Shown here in pieces: positions 1 through 9,621 of a stretch of 64,000 nucleotides of DNA. Numbering within the stretch: position 1 is the stretch's first letter; each line of letters starts with the position of its first letter. The translations under genes and the position numbers were made by a program. The notes beneath the pieces were generated by a model, which saw only the letters and a program-made list of their open reading frames with translations, had not been told where the DNA came from and did not search any database. Source of the stretch: an uncultured Rhodospirillaceae bacterium (GTDB taxonomy: Bacteria; Pseudomonadota; Alphaproteobacteria; UBA828); NCBI GenBank assembly GCA_963997635.1, contig CAXEND010000005.1:74232-138231 (forward strand). The letters run 5' to 3'.

Positions 1-972
1 AATGGAGGCGGATTCGGAGCCTATAAAATCACTGAGTGGTCTCCAGGAAAACGTGTTGTTATGGAGTCTAATGAACAATATTGGCGTGGAGCTCCCGAGA
101 TTAAAAAAATAATTTATCTCGTGGTTCCTGAGTCAGCAAACCGTGTAGCTTTATTGCAACAAGGTAAAGTTCATATGGCTGAAGGACTAACTCCTGATGA
201 AATTTTGTCATTAGATTCTTCTGACAAAGCTCGGGGTGTTGCAGTCCGCGGTAATCAGTCTATGTGGGTTGTTATTAACAATACATTGCCCCCATATGAT
301 AACGTTAAAGTCCGTCAGGCAATCAATCACTTGATTGATCGTGAGGCTATAGCAAACAATATTTATCATGGGATGATGAATGTATGGCAGGGTGTAATGC
401 CAAGTACATATCCCGGATATGATAAGTGGTTAAAGTATGACTACAATATTGAAAAAGCTAAGGCACTCTTGGCTGAAGCTGGATATGCTGATGGATTCGA
501 CGCCGAATTTGCATTCAGTGCAGCTGAAGCAACTCAAGAATCTATAGCAATATTGCTGCAGAGTGCTTTCAAAGCGGCGGGAATTAATCTAACGTTGAAA
601 AAGCTCCCAGTTGCTGCACATTCTGATCTCATTATGAGTAAGAAGGCTTCATTGGGTCTGTGGACAGATATGCCTATCCAGCCAGATATTAACTATGCTT
701 TAAAATTGGTTTGGCCAACAAATGCATTAGTTAACTATCATAACTTTAGTGATGAAAAGGTGGATGCTACCCTCAAGAAATGTGAGGGCGAGGTTGATGC
801 AAAAGCACGCATTGAGTGCCATGCTGGGATACAAGAACATATCCATGATCTTGCACCTCTAGGGTGGATTGGCGAGCAGTATTTTGCTGTTGGCTTATCT
901 AGGGCAGTCAGCGGTTTCCGTTGGTATACCACTCAGTATTATCATGTTAACGAAATGTCTATTGCGGAGTAA
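1..972 (+). CDS. ABC transporter solute-binding protein, family 5 (DppA/OppA-like), 5'-truncated by the window edge
   Basis: The reading frame is open from nt 1 (NGGGFGAYKITEWSPGKRVV-MESNEQYW...). The C-terminal domain architecture is typical of peptide/nickel/opine-binding proteins. Permease genes follow immediately. Confidence 0.8.
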   Translation, partial: NGGGFGAYKITEWSPGKRVVMESNEQYWRGAPEIKKIIYLVVPESANRVALLQQGKVHMAEGLTPDEILSLDSSDKARGVAVRGNQSMWVVINNTLPPYDNVKVRQAINHLIDREAIANNIYHGMMNVWQGVMPSTYPGYDKWLKYDYNIEKAKALLAEAGYADGFDAEFAFSAAEATQESIAILLQSAFKAAGINLTLKKLPVAAHSDLIMSKKASLGLWTDMPIQPDINYALKLVWPTNALVNYHNFSDEKVDATLKKCEGEVDAKARIECHAGIQEHIHDLAPLGWIGEQYFAVGLSRAVSGFRWYTTQYYHVNEMSIAE

Positions 973-1004
973 TTATAACCGTAATTAGATACAAAATTAG
1001 TGTA

Positions 1005-1033
1005 GTGGCGGCGTAGAATATTTACGTCGCCAC
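1005..1033 (+). promoter_or_regulatory. Intercistronic stem-loop between the binding-protein gene and the first permease gene
   Basis: gtggcggcgta-gaatatt-tacgtcgccac forms an 11-bp stem (one G-T wobble) with a 7-nt loop. No U-tract follows, so it is not a classic intrinsic terminator. Confidence 0.4.
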
Positions 1034-1048
1034 TTCACTCGAAAATGG

Positions 1049-2098
1049 TTGGCATTTATGCGCATACTTATTTATATCGGACGACGCCTGATATTTTTAA
1101 TACCCCAGGTTCTTCTGATTTCATTTATTACTTTTACACTCGTTCGTATGTTACCTGGCAATCCAGCAAGGATGTCCTTGGGACCTCTTGCACCTGAGTC
1201 TGCTATTGAGGCATTAAATGCAAAACTATTTTATGATCGTCCTATTCCTGAACAATATTGGATTTGGTTGCAAAATATTTTTACCGATTTTGACCTAGGC
1301 GAGTCTTGGGTAAATGGGTCAATGGTTATTGACGATATGGTACAGCGTATACCTGTTACACTTGAGGTTATGGTTTTAGCCCTTATTTTGGTAGCCATTG
1401 TTTTAGTGCCGCTAGCTATTGTAACTGCAGCAAAAACAAAAAATCGGATAGTTGTCTTTTTTCAAAATATTACCTTTGGCTACGGTATGCTAGCAGGAGC
1501 ATTACCAGACTTCTTGCTTGGGCTTTTATTAATTTTTATTTTCTTCACTAATGCTGGGATTATGCCTGGCCCTGAGGGACGGCTAGGCATACTAGATTTC
1601 GAGCCGCCATTTGTAACAGGTTCTATTTTATTAGACTCACTTTTTGCTGGAGATTGGGATTTATTTTGGAGTGGTGCCTGGCACCTAGCAATGCCAGTAT
1701 TCACTCTGGCATTTGTATATGGGGCACCGATCTTCAAGATGTTAAGAAGTCAAATGGAGGGAGCACTAACAGCAGATTATACAACCTATGGAGAAGCCAT
1801 AGGTTTAAGGTCACGCACAATCTTTATTCGTGCCGCTAGGGTCGCATCAGGACCTACACTTGTTATTACAGGCGTTGTTGTGATGTTTCTTTTGGGTGGT
1901 GCTGTATTAGTAGAAACAGTTTTTAATTTAAGTGGTTTGGGTCAATATGCTGTTCAAGCAATTGTTACAGCAGATTATGCACCTATCCAGGCCTTTGTTT
2001 CATTTGCTGCAATTTTTACAATGCTAGTCTATCTTGCTGTTGATTTAGCGCACTTTGCGATGGATCCACGGATAAAGATAGGCGGCTCTGACACGTGA
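1049..2098 (+). CDS. ABC transporter permease (DppB/OppB-like)
   Basis: 349 aa with multiple hydrophobic helices. Placed immediately after the family-5 binding-protein gene. Confidence 0.85.
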   Translation: MAFMRILIYIGRRLIFLIPQVLLISFITFTLVRMLPGNPARMSLGPLAPESAIEALNAKLFYDRPIPEQYWIWLQNIFTDFDLGESWVNGSMVIDDMVQRIPVTLEVMVLALILVAIVLVPLAIVTAAKTKNRIVVFFQNITFGYGMLAGALPDFLLGLLLIFIFFTNAGIMPGPEGRLGILDFEPPFVTGSILLDSLFAGDWDLFWSGAWHLAMPVFTLAFVYGAPIFKMLRSQMEGALTADYTTYGEAIGLRSRTIFIRAARVASGPTLVITGVVVMFLLGGAVLVETVFNLSGLGQYAVQAIVTADYAPIQAFVSFAAIFTMLVYLAVDLAHFAMDPRIKIGGSDT

Positions 2099-2111
2099 GT
2101 GATTTGGTAAT

Positions 2112-3842
2112 ATGTGGCTTCGATTAAAAGTAACTCTTCGTGATTTGCCAAAATGGCAATTAGCCGTAATAATTATGTGGTTAGGATTTATATTCCTTAC
2201 AGTTTTTGGACCAATGATTGCTCCTTTTCCTACAGAGGTTGCTGATCCAACTAATCGGCTTGTGCCACCAAATGGCACACACTGGTTTGGCACGGATGAA
2301 AATGGAATAGATATTTTATCACGTGTTCTAGCGGCCCCTCGTACTGATATTGTAATTGCAGTTATAGCTACAGCATTGTCAGTATTTTTGGGTTCTCCAC
2401 TTGGAGTGGTTGTGGCTCTCTATGAGAGCCGAAAGGGTGCAATCTCTTCAGCAGGTGCCGATATTTTCATGAGACTACTGGAGGTAATACAATCTTTCCC
2501 AGTATTTGTTTTTGCAATGGTATTGGTGGCAGTCTTCAGTGGTAGTCTTGTAAATATTATCATTGCCATTGCATTTGTGAACATGCCGGTATTTGTCCGC
2601 TTAGTCCGATCTGAAGTTTTATCACTTGTCCAGAGGCCTTTCTCGGAGGCAGCCCGTGCAGTAGGTAATACCGAAATGAGACTTGGTTTTCGTCATATAT
2701 TACCAAATGCCACTCCAACGGTTGTTGTTCAAGTCTCTGTAACTGTTGGGTTCGCAATTCTTTTGACAGCTGGTTTAAGCTTTGTTGGGGCCGGTGTTAA
2801 ACCTCCAACCCCTGAATTAGGTGCAATGATTGCAAGCGGTTCAAAGTATTTAATCATTGGACAATGGTGGCCTGCACTTTTCCCCGGTGTAGCACTAGGG
2901 TTAATAGTTTTTTCCTTTGGTATTGTCGGCGAGGTGATAAATAAAGTTCTCGACCCCCGTGTTGTCCGCGACGGTAGTGATCGTAGACGTAAGTTATCAA
3001 TAGAAAAAACATCGACAAGTGATATTTCAACTGAGGTTCCGCTTGAGGTTATGTCTACAGCTGAAAATCCAGTTTTGGAAGTTAATAACATTTTTGTTCA
3101 GGCAGGACCAAACGATGATCAGGGAATACTAAATGACGTTAGCTTCTCTATAGGCCCAGGAGAGAGTTTAGCTATTGTCGGCGAATCAGGGGCAGGGAAA
3201 ACTATACTTCTTAAGTCAGTTTTAAAGCTTTTACCTTTTCCATTAGAAATCAATTCAGGTTCAGTAAAATTTGAGTCTGCTGATCTCTTAGCTTTAGACC
3301 GAGAAAAGATCAGGCCTATGCGTTCGAGAGATATAGCTGCAATTCTTCCTAATGCAAAGTCACATCTTCATCCTCTAACTAACGTAGGTGATATGATAGT
3401 TAGTGCACTACAGGCTCACGAGAAAATTAAAAAGAATCAAGCAAGACAACGTGCGATTGAACTTCTTACTATGGTAGGAATAACTGACCCAGAAAATCGA
3501 TTAAAAGCATATCCACATGAACTAAGTGGTGGAATGGCACAGCGTATATGTTTAGCAATATCACTAATGTATAAACCAAAGATTTTAGTGGCAGATGAGC
3601 CAACAGCAGGTTTAGACGTGACAATTCAAAGGCAAGTGCTTGACTTGACTAAGAAGCTAGCTGAGGAGTCAAATACAGCAAGGCTAATAATCACTGGTGA
3701 TTTGGGTATAGCAGCACATTATTGTGATCGTGTTGCTGTAATGCAAGCTGGTAAGATTGTAGAGGCAAATTATACTCATAAACTATTCAAGAATCCGATG
3801 CACCCACATACTAAACAATTACTTGGTTCCGTTAGAGATTAA
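2112..3842 (+). CDS. Fused ABC permease (DppC/OppC-like, N-terminal) and ATP-binding domain (DppD/OppD-like, C-terminal)
   Basis: The N-terminal half has TM helices and an EAA-type loop (EAARAVGNTEMRLGFRHILPNA). The C-terminal half has Walker A GESGAGKT, ABC signature LSGGMAQR and Walker B ILVADEPTAGLD. Confidence 0.8.
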   Translation: MWLRLKVTLRDLPKWQLAVIIMWLGFIFLTVFGPMIAPFPTEVADPTNRLVPPNGTHWFGTDENGIDILSRVLAAPRTDIVIAVIATALSVFLGSPLGVVVALYESRKGAISSAGADIFMRLLEVIQSFPVFVFAMVLVAVFSGSLVNIIIAIAFVNMPVFVRLVRSEVLSLVQRPFSEAARAVGNTEMRLGFRHILPNATPTVVVQVSVTVGFAILLTAGLSFVGAGVKPPTPELGAMIASGSKYLIIGQWWPALFPGVALGLIVFSFGIVGEVINKVLDPRVVRDGSDRRRKLSIEKTSTSDISTEVPLEVMSTAENPVLEVNNIFVQAGPNDDQGILNDVSFSIGPGESLAIVGESGAGKTILLKSVLKLLPFPLEINSGSVKFESADLLALDREKIRPMRSRDIAAILPNAKSHLHPLTNVGDMIVSALQAHEKIKKNQARQRAIELLTMVGITDPENRLKAYPHELSGGMAQRICLAISLMYKPKILVADEPTAGLDVTIQRQVLDLTKKLAEESNTARLIITGDLGIAAHYCDRVAVMQAGKIVEANYTHKLFKNPMHPHTKQLLGSVRD

Positions 3843-3866
3843 TTTAATCTAAAAAAATCAATTAAA

Positions 3867-5636
3867 TCACATTGTTGATCTTAATTTTTCAGTTTCTTCA
3901 ATATTAACTTCAAGGTTGTCATCAGCTCTTGAGCCCTTAAGGATTACTCCGTATACCGATTTTGCAATATCCTCACTAACAACGTAATTCTGCACATCTT
4001 TAAGAACTCTCTCAGGCTCTCTTTCTACTGGTGGGCCGTAACCCCCGCCGCCCTGATCACGTGCAAGAAGTCGTTCTCCTTCTTCAAGGTCACATACCAT
4101 TACAGCAGGGTAAGGATGTTCCTTACCTTCCCTATCAATACGGATATTTTCTCCAAGTTTTGACCCGGTTCCTCCGCGAACTCCTATCGGAGCACTTTCT
4201 AAACCATTACAAATATGCAAGATATGAATAGGATCTTTTCGCGGTCCCATAATGACCTCAGTGCCCTGACCCCCACGTCTCCGACCGTGTCCCATCGAGT
4301 CCTCCATAAGATGCATTTTTTGCACAAGAACTGGGAAACGTTGTTCATCGACTTCTATACTATCTCTATACATAAGACCCGCAGTAACCGGAATAAACAA
4401 ATAATGCATGCCATCAGTTTCTGAAGATGCAGGGCCGCCTCCACCCATCATGAATATCTGATTAACATAGGCCTCTCCGTCTCGGCGCCAATCTGTTCCA
4501 GAGGCAACGCCTGCTGCTGCGGTATTACAGTAATTACCATGGGCATAGCCTTGTCCATCACCAAGATCAGCAAAAGATGACTGAGTTACATTTACTATAA
4601 TATCTGTTAGGTTTGTTGTAGCTACTGAGCAGCTATGCGGGAATCTTGGTATCCCCACCACACAGTTCTCACGCAAATGAACTTTTATTCTTCGCATAAT
4701 TCCTTGATTTGTTGGTAGGTCGTGGCCAAGGCATGACAGAACCCCATGTGCCGCTGCCATGGTTGCCGTGCATTCAGTCAAATTTAAACCTGCATCTATA
4801 CAGTCAATATTATCTCTTAAATCAACAGTGACCATTGCTTCGTCTGGATCAATATCAATCTTAACATTCACGGGTATTCCATCAGGAACCCATGGCTCTA
4901 TGGGGTCATGGGATTGGTTAGCTTCAAGCTTACCTTTCGGTAATTTTTTGATAGCTTCGATACATCGGCGTTCAGAGTAATCAAGCCATTCTTTTACAAA
5001 AGCACGGACAGTCTCTTTGCCATATTTTTCAACAAATTTCTTAAGGCTACGTTCACCTATTCTTGCCGCTCCTATAGCAGCAAGAAAATCTCCATACCAT
5101 TGATCGGGGACACGAATACGTCGGCGACACATTCGGACGATATCTTCTATATTTGTATAATTTTCTTGTACTTTTACAGCCGGGAATATAAGCGTCCCTT
5201 CTTGATATACATCTCCCGCCTGAGCCATATAGGTTGTTGGAAGACTGTTACCGGTATCAGCTTGATGAGCCTTTACAGCAGTAGTGAAGAAATGTTCTCC
5301 TTCGAAGAAAACAGGAACCAGCATGGTGTGATCCGCTGCATGACTGTTCCCGTCGTATGGGTCATTATGCAAAAAAGCATCACCCTCCTTGAAGTTAGGA
5401 TGATTCTTTCGCATGCAGGCGGTTTGCAGATTACTGCCCCACACATGGATAGGAAATCCTTCTGCTGCGGCGAGCACTTCATCTTCGGAAGTCACAATTG
5501 AAACAGAGAAGTCTCTTGCGACTCCCAAGACTGATGATCGTGCTGTGAGTAACATGGTATTGGTCATCTCACGGCAGACTGAATCGAGTCTATTCGACAT
5601 AATTGAGAGTTGAACCGGGCTTAATTCTTCAACCAT
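3867..5636 (-). CDS. Hydantoinase B / oxoprolinase-family protein (HyuB), duplicate copy
   Basis: 589 aa of HyuB-type sequence. It is 100% identical to the adjacent copy from about residue 25 onward. Own SD (AGGAGG) upstream. Confidence 0.8.
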   Translation of the reverse strand: MVEELSPVQLSIMSNRLDSVCREMTNTMLLTARSSVLGVARDFSVSIVTSEDEVLAAAEGFPIHVWGSNLQTACMRKNHPNFKEGDAFLHNDPYDGNSHAADHTMLVPVFFEGEHFFTTAVKAHQADTGNSLPTTYMAQAGDVYQEGTLIFPAVKVQENYTNIEDIVRMCRRRIRVPDQWYGDFLAAIGAARIGERSLKKFVEKYGKETVRAFVKEWLDYSERRCIEAIKKLPKGKLEANQSHDPIEPWVPDGIPVNVKIDIDPDEAMVTVDLRDNIDCIDAGLNLTECTATMAAAHGVLSCLGHDLPTNQGIMRRIKVHLRENCVVGIPRFPHSCSVATTNLTDIIVNVTQSSFADLGDGQGYAHGNYCNTAAAGVASGTDWRRDGEAYVNQIFMMGGGGPASSETDGMHYLFIPVTAGLMYRDSIEVDEQRFPVLVQKMHLMEDSMGHGRRRGGQGTEVIMGPRKDPIHILHICNGLESAPIGVRGGTGSKLGENIRIDREGKEHPYPAVMVCDLEEGERLLARDQGGGGYGPPVEREPERVLKDVQNYVVSEDIAKSVYGVILKGSRADDNLEVNIEETEKLRSTM

Positions 5637-5704
5637 CTCAAAATACCTCCTAAAGTGTTATGTTTACTAATCGCTATATATTTAAATTCTTGATAAATCT
5701 TTTA

Positions 5705-7465
5705 TTACATTGTTGATCTTAATTTTTCAGTTTCTTCAATATTAACTTCAAGGTTGTCATCAGCTCTTGAGCCCTTAAGGATTACTCCGTATACCGATTT
5801 TGCAATATCCTCACTAACAACGTAATTCTGCACATCTTTAAGAACTCTCTCAGGCTCTCTTTCTACTGGTGGGCCGTAACCCCCGCCGCCCTGATCACGT
5901 GCAAGAAGTCGTTCTCCTTCTTCAAGGTCACATACCATTACAGCAGGGTAAGGATGTTCCTTACCTTCCCTATCAATACGGATATTTTCTCCAAGTTTTG
6001 ACCCGGTTCCTCCGCGAACTCCTATCGGAGCACTTTCTAAACCATTACAAATATGCAAGATATGAATAGGATCTTTTCGCGGTCCCATAATGACCTCAGT
6101 GCCCTGACCCCCACGTCTCCGACCGTGTCCCATCGAGTCCTCCATAAGATGCATTTTTTGCACAAGAACTGGGAAACGTTGTTCATCGACTTCTATACTA
6201 TCTCTATACATAAGACCCGCAGTAACCGGAATAAACAAATAATGCATGCCATCAGTTTCTGAAGATGCAGGGCCGCCTCCACCCATCATGAATATCTGAT
6301 TAACATAGGCCTCTCCGTCTCGGCGCCAATCTGTTCCAGAGGCAACGCCTGCTGCTGCGGTATTACAGTAATTACCATGGGCATAGCCTTGTCCATCACC
6401 AAGATCAGCAAAAGATGACTGAGTTACATTTACTATAATATCTGTTAGGTTTGTTGTAGCTACTGAGCAGCTATGCGGGAATCTTGGTATCCCCACCACA
6501 CAGTTCTCACGCAAATGAACTTTTATTCTTCGCATAATTCCTTGATTTGTTGGTAGGTCGTGGCCAAGGCATGACAGAACCCCATGTGCCGCTGCCATGG
6601 TTGCCGTGCATTCAGTCAAATTTAAACCTGCATCTATACAGTCAATATTATCTCTTAAATCAACAGTGACCATTGCTTCGTCTGGATCAATATCAATCTT
6701 AACATTCACGGGTATTCCATCAGGAACCCATGGCTCTATGGGGTCATGGGATTGGTTAGCTTCAAGCTTACCTTTCGGTAATTTTTTGATAGCTTCGATA
6801 CATCGGCGTTCAGAGTAATCAAGCCATTCTTTTACAAAAGCACGGACAGTCTCTTTGCCATATTTTTCAACAAATTTCTTAAGGCTACGTTCACCTATTC
6901 TTGCCGCTCCTATAGCAGCAAGAAAATCTCCATACCATTGATCGGGGACACGAATACGTCGGCGACACATTCGGACGATATCTTCTATATTTGTATAATT
7001 TTCTTGTACTTTTACAGCCGGGAATATAAGCGTCCCTTCTTGATATACATCTCCCGCCTGAGCCATATAGGTTGTTGGAAGACTGTTACCGGTATCAGCT
7101 TGATGAGCCTTTACAGCAGTAGTGAAGAAATGTTCTCCTTCGAAGAAAACAGGAACCAGCATGGTGTGATCCGCTGCATGACTGTTCCCGTCGTATGGGT
7201 CATTATGCAAAAAAGCATCACCCTCCTTGAAGTTAGGATGATTCTTTCGCATGCAGGCGGTTTGCAGATTACTGCCCCACACATGGATAGGAAATCCTTC
7301 TGCTGCGGCGAGCACTTCATCTTCGGAAGTCACAATTGAAACAGAGAAGTCTCTTGCGACTCCCAAGACTGATGATCGTGCTGTGAGTAACATGGTATTG
7401 GTCATCTCACGGCAGACAGCATCCATTCTATTCGACATAATTGAGAGTTGAACCGGGCTTAACAT
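5705..7465 (-). CDS. Hydantoinase B / oxoprolinase-family protein (HyuB)
   Basis: 586 aa. Directly downstream of hyuA with a 41-bp gap. SD agga sits 8 nt upstream of the ATG. Confidence 0.85.
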   Translation of the reverse strand: MLSPVQLSIMSNRMDAVCREMTNTMLLTARSSVLGVARDFSVSIVTSEDEVLAAAEGFPIHVWGSNLQTACMRKNHPNFKEGDAFLHNDPYDGNSHAADHTMLVPVFFEGEHFFTTAVKAHQADTGNSLPTTYMAQAGDVYQEGTLIFPAVKVQENYTNIEDIVRMCRRRIRVPDQWYGDFLAAIGAARIGERSLKKFVEKYGKETVRAFVKEWLDYSERRCIEAIKKLPKGKLEANQSHDPIEPWVPDGIPVNVKIDIDPDEAMVTVDLRDNIDCIDAGLNLTECTATMAAAHGVLSCLGHDLPTNQGIMRRIKVHLRENCVVGIPRFPHSCSVATTNLTDIIVNVTQSSFADLGDGQGYAHGNYCNTAAAGVASGTDWRRDGEAYVNQIFMMGGGGPASSETDGMHYLFIPVTAGLMYRDSIEVDEQRFPVLVQKMHLMEDSMGHGRRRGGQGTEVIMGPRKDPIHILHICNGLESAPIGVRGGTGSKLGENIRIDREGKEHPYPAVMVCDLEEGERLLARDQGGGGYGPPVEREPERVLKDVQNYVVSEDIAKSVYGVILKGSRADDNLEVNIEETEKLRSTM

Positions 7466-7506
7466 TTAGAATTCCTGAATTTTTGAATTAAATTATTGAT
7501 TTTCTA

Positions 7507-9591
7507 TTATGAATTGGGTGTTAGAAGATAGTGCCCATTCGGAGTTACTAATGCACTGCTTCCAGGATAGATAACAACTGTGGTAGTTGGTTCTTCGATT
7601 ATGGCAGGACCTTCAATCTCAAATTCAGCTGGTAACTTAGATCCAATATAGACTGGTGTTTGAGCGTTTCCATAGTTGGCAAAATATGCTGAAACTTCAC
7701 GATCTGGATCACTTGATGTCGAAACTTTTTGATCAGCTTGGGCATGCGGTGGTTTACTCATTTCTGCAGTTATACGCCCTTTCCAATTAATACATTCTAT
7801 TATTCCACCATCTTCTTTAACTGCATAACGCCTGAAATGCACATTGTGAAATTCTTCTACTAATTCTTCAACATGTCCGGAGTTTTCAATGTTTAGCATA
7901 GGTATTCTAAATTCCATTTCCCACTGTTGGTTAAGATATCTGGCTTCTACAAAAAACTCACGAGTAAAATTACTTACTCCTCTAGATCTCAGTGCTGATT
8001 CTTCTATATCAAGCTTTGCGTTTAGCTCAGTAAATACTTTTTGAACTCCTTTAAAATCAAAATCATCTGTAGCTGAATATCTACTGGCACTGTATTCGGA
8101 TACAATATCAGAATAGTGTCCACCACAGGCACTCAGTGCACCCGCAGTTTTTGGTAAAAGCACCTTAGAACAACCTAGGGATTGTGCTATTGGTAGAATA
8201 TTAAGACCTGCTGCCCCGCCGCCTGCAACTAGTATGCTTTCTGCAGGGTTTACTCCATCTTGAACAGTAATTTCCTGAATAGCTTTAATCATTTGTTCTC
8301 CGGCTATTTCAAGTATTCCAGCAGCTGTTTCTTCAAGACTCATCTCAATCTTGCCTGCAAGTTCATTGATTACCTCATTAGCGGCATTTATATCAAGAGC
8401 CATACGCCCACCTAAGAAATGATTTGGGTCTATGTAGCCAAGTAATACAGCTGCATCTGTGACTGTAGGCCTTTTTCCTCCTTTAGCATAGCAGGCGGGG
8501 CCTGGGTCAGCCCCCGCACTATCCGGCCCAACTCTTAGAAGTCCACCTGAGTCAATCCATGCTACTGAACCTCCTCCTGCACCCACGCTTCTTATATCGA
8601 CAGAAGATAATCCAAGATTGTGTCCAATCCATTCTCCATTTAGCCAAGTATCACGTGTATATTTTATTTCACCAGCTCGGATCAGACTTACGTCAAAGGT
8701 AGTACCACCAGTATCGACAATAATTACATCATTTCCAAGGCCTTCAGCTCCAGCATAGGCAATACCTGCTAACGGTGCCATTGCAGGCCCAGATTTTACT
8801 GTAAATATTGGCTTTTCCACAACGTCATTGACATGTTTAATTCCACCTGAAGAAGTGCTTATTAAGAATTCACCCTCGTAACCAGCACTACGGAGTTCTT
8901 TTTCAAGTTCCAAAAAGTGCTTTTGCATTAGAGGTTTTAAAGAAGCATCAATAGCAGTGGACGATGTTCTTGGAAATTCACGAATAATAGGGTTCAGTTG
9001 GTGAGAGAGAGTATAAGGCACATTAGGAAGTATTTCTTTAATTAATTCTCCAACCTTTAACTCGTGCTGTGGGTTCATGATTGACCATAAAAAACTAACG
9101 GCTATAGCTTCAATATTCTTTTTTTGTAACGACTTAATTGTTTCAGAGGCTTGGTTGATATCCAATGGGGTTTCAATTCCACCTTCTGAGTTTATACGTT
9201 CTTTTATTTCTTCTGTTAAACGTCTTGGTATATAAGGATCAGGAAATTCCATTTTAAGATTTAATGGCTCTCGTTTGCCACCATGGCGATAAGTGAGTGT
9301 GTCTGGGAATCCCTCAGTGGTCAGTAAGGCTGTTTTTGCAGCAGAAGATGTCACTATCGCATTTGTAGAACGGGTAGTGCCGTAAATAAGCACACCAGTA
9401 TGCTTGAGAATTTCCTCCATTGATGAATCAAAAGAGGAGGCTGCGTTATTCAATGCTCCTGAAAATCCAGTAAAAACTCTGTCAGGTGTTGTAAGAGCCT
9501 TTCCAACAACAAGTTTGCCTTTTTCATCTGCAACCACTACATCTGTAAATGTACCCCCGGTATCGACCGAAATTCTAAATTCCATAGTCAA
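7507..9591 (-). CDS. Hydantoinase A / N-methylhydantoinase A-family protein (HyuA)
   Basis: N-terminal MEFRISVDTGGTFTDVVV actin-like ATPase fold motif. 694 aa, the typical HyuA length. Paired with hyuB. Confidence 0.85.
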   Translation of the reverse strand: MTMEFRISVDTGGTFTDVVVADEKGKLVVGKALTTPDRVFTGFSGALNNAASSFDSSMEEILKHTGVLIYGTTRSTNAIVTSSAAKTALLTTEGFPDTLTYRHGGKREPLNLKMEFPDPYIPRRLTEEIKERINSEGGIETPLDINQASETIKSLQKKNIEAIAVSFLWSIMNPQHELKVGELIKEILPNVPYTLSHQLNPIIREFPRTSSTAIDASLKPLMQKHFLELEKELRSAGYEGEFLISTSSGGIKHVNDVVEKPIFTVKSGPAMAPLAGIAYAGAEGLGNDVIIVDTGGTTFDVSLIRAGEIKYTRDTWLNGEWIGHNLGLSSVDIRSVGAGGGSVAWIDSGGLLRVGPDSAGADPGPACYAKGGKRPTVTDAAVLLGYIDPNHFLGGRMALDINAANEVINELAGKIEMSLEETAAGILEIAGEQMIKAIQEITVQDGVNPAESILVAGGGAAGLNILPIAQSLGCSKVLLPKTAGALSACGGHYSDIVSEYSASRYSATDDFDFKGVQKVFTELNAKLDIEESALRSRGVSNFTREFFVEARYLNQQWEMEFRIPMLNIENSGHVEELVEEFHNVHFRRYAVKEDGGIIECINWKGRITAEMSKPPHAQADQKVSTSSDPDREVSAYFANYGNAQTPVYIGSKLPAEFEIEGPAIIEEPTTTVVIYPGSSALVTPNGHYLLTPNS

Positions 9592-9621
9592 TTTGCTCCC
9601 ATTTCTAATCTAATAATAATT

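Larger units (their letters stand above)
3863..7468. repeat. Tandem direct duplication of about 1.77 kb, period 1838 bp, containing the hyuB coding sequence twice
   Basis: Units 3863-5630 and 5701-7468 are identical except near the gene 5' ends (RLDSV vs RMDAV; MVEEL vs ML). The internal antisense ORFs are duplicated identically. Confidence 0.9.

Noticed and set aside
4031-5613. Antisense ORFs of 66-133 aa inside the hyuB copies (4031..4231, 4215..4424, 4759..4980, 5100..5501, 5273..5482, 5413..5613, and identical counterparts at 5869..7451)
   Set aside because: They lie entirely within, and antisense to, a well-supported long CDS. They have low-complexity composition and no RBS. Their exact repetition is a by-product of the tandem duplication, not evidence of conservation.
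3863-7468. Possibility that the 1838-bp direct repeat is a CRISPR-like array or an IS element
   Set aside because: The repeat unit is a full protein-coding gene. There are only two units and no spacers. There are no terminal inverted repeats and no transposase, so it is a gene duplication.
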